Source of the DNA: Octopus sinensis
Lineage: Eukaryota
Direction: 5' to 3'
Assembly (NCBI RefSeq): GCF_006345805.1
Contig: NC_043002.1
Span: 47,678,001 to 47,742,000 of the forward strand
DNA length: 64,000 nt
Shown here: piece after piece, positions 54,306 to 64,000 of the stretch
Position numbering within the stretch: position 1 is the stretch's first letter
How the letters are laid out: each line of letters opens with the position of its first letter
Translations under genes and position numbers: made by a program
Notes under the pieces: generated by a model
Databases searched by the model: none
Told to the model about the DNA's origin: nothing
Seen by the model: only the letters and a program-made list of their open reading frames with translations

Positions 54306-57150
54306 GTTGAACAATTGCGGGCCTTTGAAACTCAGACTATTGCAGTACTGTGTCCTTATTTTAGATGGGAAAGACAGGATCTTTAGTATGATGCAGTGCT
54401 GTCCAGTTTGACGATTGCTATAGCTGTCAGTTCCAAAATTGGGAACTAAACCCTCCAAGGTCTTCCAAATATATATCACCACATATCTCTCGCATCTTCT
54501 CCCCAGGGAATCAAGACTCAGCTCCTTTAGCCTCTCACAGTAACCCAACCTTTGCATGGAGTCATTCTTCTTTGCATATTGGCACTGGATTGCTTTGAGT
54601 TCCACAGTTAGTTTCACACTCTCTGGGAACCATATTTGGGAAAAGTAGTCCAAGTGGCTGAGAATGAAAGTTTTCCATAGTGGGTAGCTGGGTTTCCCTT
54701 CTCCTGGTTCTGAGTGTCCTCAGAATCCATCCAGCCACTCGCCTGCATAATGTTGCCATCTCGGTAATATGCACATGGAATGTTGCATCATTGCTCATGT
54801 GAACCCCCAGGTCATGCACCGACTCTAGCGTCATATTACCTTCTGGTCCAGTGTATTCTGACATTAGTCTGGTGTTGCACCAATAGTGGAGTGCCTGAAA
54901 TTTCATAACATTGAACTGCATGTTATTTTTGTTAGCTCACTTATAGATTTTGTTCAGGTCTTTCTGCAGTTTAATATCCTCTGGGTTCCTAACTGCCTAC
55001 GATACTTGTGTCATCAGCATAACTGATCAGATTGGCTAACTGTACCATGGAGGGCATGTCTGAGAGGGCCATCACAAATAGTAGTGGCCCCAGTACAGTT
55101 CCCTGTGGAACTCCACTGAGAATTGGTGTCTCTTCAGTGAGCAATATTGGCTACAACTGTCTGACTCCTGCCCTTCAGAAAATCATGCAGCCACTCTCCC
55201 AGTTTTTTGGTAATACCAAGGTTTTGCAGCTTGTGACATATCATGCCGTGATCAACCTTGCCGAAAGACTTGGCAAAGTTGAGGTATATCACATCTACAG
55301 CTGACTGGTTTAGCTGTTGCTTCAGTACCCAGTCAAAGTGCTGCAGTATATGTGTGAGGCAGTTTTTCCCTGGACGGAAGCCACATTGCATGTTTGTGAG
55401 AAGGTTGTTTTCTTCTAGGAACATGATCAGCCTTTTTCTGACAATGCGTTCCATTGTCTTGTTAACATGTGAGGTCAAAGAGATGGGCCTGTAGTTTTTA
55501 GCATCTGCTCTGCTCCCTCCTTTACAGACACGGCATATTATAGCCTCTTTTATTATGTTGGAAAGTTTACCACACATGCAAGGAAACTCTGAAAGCGTAT
55601 TTTCAGTGGCTTTTTACATGTCTTTAAGGGAACAACTGGGAGTCCATCTGGGCCTGTTGCTGAGTTTGATCTCATCTCATCAATGGCCGATATTACATAC
55701 TCTTCTGTTATGTTGATGTAATCGATGGTTGCCTCTTTTCCGAATAGATTCATTACATTGAAAAACTCCTTTGGCTTGTTTATTTGCATATTTTCCAGTG
55801 GAGAAGTGAAAACACTCTAGAATTGTTTATTTAGTGCTTCACTTATCTTCTCTGGGTCTGCAGTTAGTGACCTGTTTTTACCAAATACTAGCCCTATCTT
55901 ATAGCATACTGAGGCAGACTTCTTTGAAGGCTTTAGGATTTCTTTTTATATTTTCGACTGCCCAGGTTTCTCTTTCTTCCCTTTCTTTTTCATGTGAGAT
56001 CTTGAGTTTATTTTCTATCATGAAGAGTTCCTCTGTCAGGTGGGGTTTCACACTGTCATTAAGGTGTTTGTTTAAATGATTCAAGATCTTTATTCTCCAC
56101 CGCATGAGTATTTTCCTGTCTTGAGTAATGATGTTTTTGTGTGTACTGGCTCCCTTCTCTGAGTCATTTTAAAAGCATATGGCTCGCATTATTGACATGA
56201 ATTTATTGAGTTTCATATCTATATCTTGCATAGAGAGGTTTTTATGCTAGTCCTGCTGGAGTATCTTATTTTTAAATGAATTCCAGTCAGCCTTATAGAA
56301 ATTATCCTGGATAGGGTTTGAGCATCATCTGTGCAGAGTTTATCTTTAGTTAATTCTGGGCCATACATTGTCAGTTCTATCATATTATGGTCTGAGAATA
56401 TTGTCAGTGATATATTTACGTTGTGGATAATTTCCACATTGTTTGTAAAACAGAGGTCCAAGATATGTTTGTGCCTGGTTAGAGAGAGTATGATTTGCTC
56501 CATAAATAGCATTTTTGTAAGATCAAGTAAAGATTCTGTTTGATTTCGCTCTTTGTGCATCATTCCTGGGGTTACATTGCCCTCAGGCCACCAGCTGTTG
56601 GGGAAATGGAAGTCACTTATCAGGAATATAGTAGTACGTTGATCAAAATGTGTTAGTACTTCTTTTATTGCACTGAGGTTTTGCTCAAATTTTCCATCAT
56701 GATTTGAGGCATCAGGTGGGTGATATAGTGTGCATATCACAACATCAAGTTGCTTTAGATGTACTATGAGTGTGTCACACAACGAGTTTGATAACAAGGT
56801 TAATGGTGTGACATCTTCTCGGATGTACATTGCAATAACTTCTTTTTCTTCTGTCTGTAGGGAAGATAGCATACATTGGTATGTGTATCTCTGCTTCACT
56901 TATGTCTGCAGATAGATATGTTTCTGTAAGTGCAATGCTTCATTCTTCAGGTGCTCAATTTTGTATTTGCTGTTGTTCTGCAGCAGGCCTCTCATATTTA
57001 TCAGCAGAAATGGCATTGGTGTTGATGTGTTGGGTGGTTTGATGGCAGTGGTGGCCAACCGGGGTCCATCAATTGTGGTGGTCTTGTGTCCGAGGGTACA
57101 TAGCTCAGCTTTGTCTGTAGCCATGACAACTGTTGCACTATTTCCTGTGC
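54305..57150 (-). mobile_element. Near-complete but degraded CR1-group LINE ORF2 (APE endonuclease + RT)
   Basis: INMRGLL, TLYHPP, SDFHFP, DLCFT, SDHNMI (APE); GPDG, NYRPISLTS, GFRPG, YLNFAKSF, VPQGTVLGPLLF, YADD, DLGVHM and ERLKELSL (RT and C-terminus). Many frameshifts. Confidence 0.9.
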
Positions 57151-57154
57151 CACA

Positions 57155-57185
<31 letters not shown>

Positions 57186-59874
57186 ATTATAACTTGCATG
57201 TGTACTGTGGTATCATTTCAAGGCACTAGTACACTGATGATAAAATTGATTATTTGTAAATTATTTCCATTAATTTAAACATTTATGACTATATGAATAA
57301 AGATATAAATCTTTTTACATTTTTAAATGACAGAAGTTTAAATAAGGAAAAAATTAGCATAATGCAACTATTTACTGCATTAATGCAGCTGCAAATATGA
57401 ACACCACTTAATTTAAGAACCTTTCAAGCACATAACTATTTTTTACGAAATGAAATTTGTGCATAAAGGTAGAGGAGTGTAAACACTTGGTTAATAAACC
57501 ATAGTCTCTCAAAACTCATCACATCTACAAGGAATTGAATCTAAGTTTGATTATTATTTGGAATTCTTTCTCATATTTTAGCTGTATAAGCATTCAATAC
57601 ACTTAATTCTTGGATTTCCTTCGAATATCTATGTCAACCCATTTCAGTAAATTCTCTATTGGATTTAGATCTGATGGTTGTGCTGATTATAGCAGCAGTT
57701 AGATTTATGAATTTCTCAACTGAAAAATCCATAAATAGACCAAATGATTCTTAGTGTATGAAAGCATAGGGTTTTCCAAGATCTTAAGATAGGATGTACT
57801 GTTCATGATACTCTTGATCTGATGTATGGGACTGACATATTTTCAATACTTATATAGTTCCAATCCATGACATCAACACTGCTATGCTTAACTTTCAGAT
57901 TCATGCAGATGCAGTATGTGTGAAATTCTGTGCAACATTGGATGTACAACTAATCATCAGAAGTTAAGCACATTCAATTTGAATTCATCCAACCATATGC
58001 TATTTTCACCAACCTCACAATATCCAGTACTGATGCTCTTGAGTGAATAGAATGTTCATATGTTCATTTTCAGAGAATTGCCATTATTTTCTTTTACATG
58101 AAACAGATCTCACAAGCCCAAAATGCTTTAACCAATTTTTTTCTGGTCGTGATAATTCTGCTTGTAGATTGTTAAAAGTAGTCCTTTCCCTGTTCTTCAT
58201 TAATGGATGGCAAAAGTATTGGACCATCTCATAGCTTTCTTATCGTTGCTTTTCTTAACAACAGTGAGAACAGCCATCACTTTTATTGAAAATGTTCATG
58301 GTATAGTGAGCAGCAGTTACTGAGCATTCAAGCTCAGCAACTATGGCTTGGAAAGCTTTTTAGCTTGTTCAGTTGGACAATTCTCAATCAAATTTAATAA
58401 AAAGCTTTTCCCATTACCTATTATAACAAATATTAGGACAATATAATGAACTGATTATTAATAGTCTATCTTAGTTACAAGCAATTTTGAATATTTAAAA
58501 AAAATGTTCTTAAATTAAATGACAGTCACTTTTAGACTATATTAATGCTGTCAAAAACAGCATTATGCTAATTAAAATTTTTGTGCTTAAGCTTACAGAA
58601 ATTAAAAGAAGTAAAAGTTTATTTTCTATTTCATATAAAATAGTTTGAAATATGATTACTCAAACAGCAATAGATATCATTTGGTAACTACTGTGTGCTA
58701 AATTTCCTAAAAATTTAGTGGTCTTGTGCCAATATAAGAAATTATTATTCTAATTAGTTTTTGTTTATGAAAACATTCATATGATTACCACACATAAATA
58801 TGCCTTAACAATTAAATGTTTATTTTGTGTTACATTTTGTGAACAATAGCATCATTAATTATAGGTTTTTCACTACATTAATATCTAGTTTATCGCCTTT
58901 ACAATAATCGAAGAGACAAAGTGATGTCCAAGTTACTAGAGCAGAGCAAATACCACAAGTATTTTTATTCAATTCTTGCCAATATTTACATCTTTTACCT
59001 ATGATATATAGGTATATACAAGTCTATACAAGTATATACATGTCTATACCTCAGTCTTCTGCAAAATTTCCCGGTATCAAGTTTTAGCAACGGAGGCAAT
59101 TGTAGAACACCTGGCCAAAGTGCCACACAGTAGGACTGAATTCAGAATCATATATTTGCAAAGCAAATTTATTAAACATTCAATTGTGCCTTCATGCATA
59201 TTCTATGAAAACTTTGTAAATTACCGAGATTTTATGAATGAAAAACGAAAGGGACTCTCTCTGCTACTATTCATCACAAAATTGTAATATATTTAATCAA
59301 AATGAAACCAATAATATGACATGTTAAGAACAATGTGACTTTATATTCATTATTGATTTCCTACAAAGGTACCAGCCTCAAATTTGGGGAACAGTTATGT
59401 ATAGTTGATTAAATCAACTCCAATATTTGAGTGGAGTTTAATTTTATGGAACCCCAGGGTGAGGGAAGGCAAAGTTGACTTCATCAAGGTTTGTAATCAG
59501 AATATAAAGGATCAATAAGCTTTCATTTAAATAGTTAGTCAAAGGTTTTCTATCAGTTTTTCACTTCAAATACTTTATATTACTTTCTAACCAGGCTAAT
59601 GGAAAACCTGCATGAAATTAGCGAAATACAAGAAATATGCTATGCAAGGTACCAATACAATTACAAATTACTGCAAGTGGAAATCAATATTGCAATATGT
59701 CACCCAAGTTTGTGCCTGCCTGCTTGTAGGAAGTGACAAGGCTTCAGCAATTGACAAGCGTGTGAGACAGAATAATCACATCAAAGATAATCATTTCAGA
59801 ATATTTGATGGTTGTATTCTAAATTAGTTTCATGAAATATGTTTGTGTACATATGTCTGCATGTGTATAACTTT

Positions 59875-59905
<31 letters not shown>

Positions 59906-60086
59906 GTGTGTGTGTGTCTGTATAAACACACACATACACACACACACTCACTCACACAGGCACAGACACATATACATGTACACACACATATATCATCATC
60001 CTCTATGGCATGGAAAATGAATGTAAATTATGAACATCATGATATATGCATGCATGTATGTATATATATATATATATATATATACA

Positions 60087-60295
60087 AGCTGGCAGAATCA
60101 TTACTGTGCTAGGCAATATACTAAGCAACATTTCATCTATCTTTATGTTCTGAGTTTAAACTCTGCCATTGTTGATTTTGCCTTTCATCCTTTCAGGGTC
60201 AATAAAATAAGTTCCAATTGATCACTGGGCTCAATGTAATCGACTTACCCACCTCAACCCAGAACTTGCTGGGATTATGCCAAAATTTGAAACCT
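60087..60295 (+). mobile_element. SINE family D (duplicated at 60818-61026)
   Basis: gctggcagaatc...gttctgagtttaaactc...ttgcctttcatcctttcagggtcaataaa...aaaatttgaaacc. Confidence 0.7.
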
Positions 60296-60309
60296 ATACA
60301 CATATATAT

Positions 60310-60530
60310 ATCATCATCATCATTATCATCGTTTAATGTCCGCTTTCCATGCTAGCATGGGTTGGATGGTTCAACTGAGGTCTGGGAAGCCTGGAGGCTG
60401 CACCAGGCCAAGTCTGATCTAGCAGTGTTTCTACAGCTGGATGCTCTTCCTAACGCCAACCACTCCATGAGTGTAGTGGGTACCTTTTATGTGCCATCGG
60501 CACAGGTGCCAGACAAGGCTGGCAACGGCC
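60310..60530 (-). mobile_element. RTE 3'-tail element (duplicated at 61041-61261)
   Basis: catcatc-gtttaatgtccgctttccatgctagcatggg...cagctggatgctcttcctaacgccaaccactcc...tgtgccatcggcaca. Confidence 0.85.
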
Positions 60531-61383
60531 ATATAAAAATCATCATTATCCTTATAATGTCCACTTTTCAGTGCTTGCATGGAATAGACAGAATTTACTG
60601 AAGCAGATTCATATAACTGGATGCCCATATATATGTATGCATATACATACATACATACATACATACATACACACACACACTCACTCACACAGGCACAGAC
60701 ACATATACATGTACACACACATATATCATCATCCTCTATGGCATGGAAAATGAATGTAAATTATGAACATCATGATATATGCATGCATGTATGTATATAT
60801 ATATATATATATATACAAGCTGGCAGAATCATTACTGTGCTAGGCAATATACTAAGCAACATTTCATCTATCTTTATGTTCTGAGTTTAAACTCTGCCAT
60901 TGTTGATTTTGCCTTTCATCCTTTCAGGGTCAATAAAATAAGTTCCAATTGATCACTGGGCTCAATGTAATCGACTTACCCACCTCAACCCAGAACTTGC
61001 TGGGATTATGCCAAAATTTGAAACCTATACACATATATATATCATCATCATCATTATCATCGTTTAATGTCCGCTTTCCATGCTAGCATGGGTTGGATGG
61101 TTCAACTGAGGTCTGGGAAGCCTGGAGGCTGCACCAGGCCAAGTCTGATCTAGCAGTGTTTCTACAGCTGGATGCTCTTCCTAACGCCAACCACTCCATG
61201 AGTGTAGTGGGTACCTTTTATGTGCCATCGGCACAGGTGCCAGACAAGGCTGGCAACGGCCATATAAAAATCATCATTATCCTTATAATGTCCACTTTTC
61301 AGTGCTTGCATGGAATAGACAGAATTTACTGAAGCAGATTCATATAACTGGATGCCCATATATATGTATGCATATACATACAT

Positions 61384-61543
<160 letters not shown>

Positions 61544-61714
61544 ATTATTATAGTAATAATAATAAGGAAGATGATTTCTGAATGGAAATTTTCAGACTGT
61601 ATTAATATATTGTGACATACGTTTCTGTGTGTGCAGAAACATATGTCGAGATACATTTATAAAGTCTGAAAATTTCCATCCACAAGTTGCCTTCATTATC
61701 ATATATACATACAA

Positions 61715-61773
<59 letters not shown>

Positions 61774-63193
61774 CATATATACATAAGTTTATGTATAAAT
61801 AGGTATGTATATATCATATGAATGTGTGTGTGTGTATGTACACATACAGTCTGTGTTCATATACAGAAGAACTTTATAATAGATATGGTTTTAGGTATAA
61901 TGGTGGGTAAGATTTATCTTATAACCAATAAAGTTTATTATTCTAATACACACAGACACATCCACACACACACACATGAAATAAATATATGAAACATATA
62001 TAGATATATGAAAATATTTTTCTATTCTTGATTACAGTGATGATGAGGAAGATGATTATGATAATGATGTTCTCCATTTCTTTTATTCATCTTTGAATAT
62101 TTTTACTCAAGTCCAAAAGGCATGACAAACTAGTTATTTGATATGTAAAAGATCTGTTACCAATATAATTTAAAGAATTAAGTTTAAACATTTTCTATTC
62201 CATTGTAAAAGTTAACTTGGAATCACAGAATACTCTCTTGTGGGCAAGGTTACAATCTGAGATAATTTCCTCTCATTAGTCTCTGAGGTCCTGAAAAGAA
62301 GCATCAGCACCACCCTATTCCTTTCACCATGCCATAAAGATTATAAATGACTAAACAATTTTGCTTTATATGCTGCTAATTATCAACTTTAACAAATAAC
62401 AATTGTTGCATATGTAGTATTTTCGTTGATCATCCAACAATGGTAAAAGTGAGTAGCATGTTTAATTATTATATTTCTAGCTTCATTTACATAACGACTT
62501 GCAATTAACAAATGATATGGTGATTAATGGTGAATTTAGGAGCAACAATTCCTGAAACAGTGATGCATATAACCTGTTCCTTCTGAAATTGAACTGCTAA
62601 TAAAGAAATTAAATTGTACAAAGAAACACTTATAACCACATATACACATGCAAACACATGCAATTGTGCATATGTGCTTGTTTAATTAACTAATCTTGAT
62701 TGTAGTTGAAATATAAAAATTTCTACCATAACATTTCTCAATTATCACAGAGATATTATATTAAAATTTTACTTTATTAAATATATGTGAAAGTATGAGT
62801 ATTATGTGAAGCCATAAACTTTCAGCCATAAAAATTAGACTGAATTTTCCTTAATTATATGTTAATAGATATTTTCACTTAATTCATTAAAGTTAAAATG
62901 TTTCTATGGCTTGCTTCTTTTTCCCATACATTCACAATAATGTTTATGACCCTATAAACTAATGAACAGAAAACTGGTTTTATGTTAATTCACCCATTAA
63001 TTGTAGACACTAATCGTTTTAGTAAAATGCGAATGCATTTTAGAAATTTGATGTGTGTGGAAATTCTACTTCAGTGAGAGTTAGTGGATGCATTAAGCTG
63101 AAATTTGCCTGCTCATATGCTATTGCTGCAGAATCATAATCTGACTGCAAGATAAAATGGTACTGGTTGGCAGAGTGTCACTTCTTCAACCTT

Positions 63194-63225
<32 letters not shown>

Positions 63226-64000
63226 GTATACAAACACACACACACACACTTCTCCTTCTCTTCCATTAAGTACCTTGATCCAGAGGGGTGGAAGGAACAC
63301 AGACACATGGAAAAAATGCATAAGCTTTAGAATTTATTAAAAGTGTTTTGTATGCTTAGATATATAGCAAATTGCTCTTCATTAACACAAACCAGAAAGT
63401 AGTAACAAAGCTTATTAACCAATATGTCTCTAGATTTTCCATTAATAATTAGCTTTGTGTTACAGAGGAAACGGGGAAAAATGTCTATTCTAGAGAGAAA
63501 ATAGTATCAGTATGGATATATTCACAATGATTACGTATTTACAATTATTATTAAATATAACCAAAGAATCTGGTTATTGCAGAACAGATCTAAAATAACT
63601 AATAAAGTGATGGTTATGTTACTACTGAAACCAGATAGATGCAGTATATAAATTAGATTTAAATGTTATTAAAAAAACAAAACATAAGGTAGAATGTGAA
63701 ATGAAACCCTTAGGTTAAATTCTCATTAATCACATGCCATGAAAATAAGTGCTAATCTTCAAATTATCTGTGTATGTTATAGGTTTACATATCCATATAA
63801 AAGAAATTAATGAACTTTGCAGTTGTATCAAATAGATGAGTTCATGAATAAACTTCAAACTGGAACCATTCTTTCAAGTATCTATAATGAACATAGTCAT
63901 AAACTTGATAGAAAGATATTATGAACAAATTCTAAAATATTTCACTATATAGAAAGTCAGCAGACTCATAAGCCATGTACCTGAACAATTATTTAGTACT

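Overview
AT-rich eukaryotic DNA, dense in microsatellites and transposons. The SINE/RTE/Penelope repeat families and (TA)n load resemble an octopod (coleoid cephalopod) genome; this is an inference, not a database result. The only well-supported host coding sequence is one symmetric phase-1 exon on the minus strand (1195-1410) encoding a follistatin-N + Kazal module of the agrin type. The rest looks like one very large intron or upstream region. It holds RTE, CR1-group and RLE (R4/Dong-like) LINE remnants, a Penelope-like endonuclease remnant, several Tc1/mariner elements, at least three SINE families and long TA-rich tracts. The most notable structure is a ~766-bp cassette at 29378-30143. It is flanked by an apparent ~12-bp target-site duplication and bounded by two inverted, outward-reading Penelope-type termini that each carry a minimal hammerhead ribozyme motif. 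It encloses a near-perfect copy of local sequence from 2.6 kb upstream, internally re-copied at microhomologies. Most ORFs in the supplied track are microsatellite artefacts. Family names come from recalled motif patterns and need Dfam/Repbase/Rfam confirmation.
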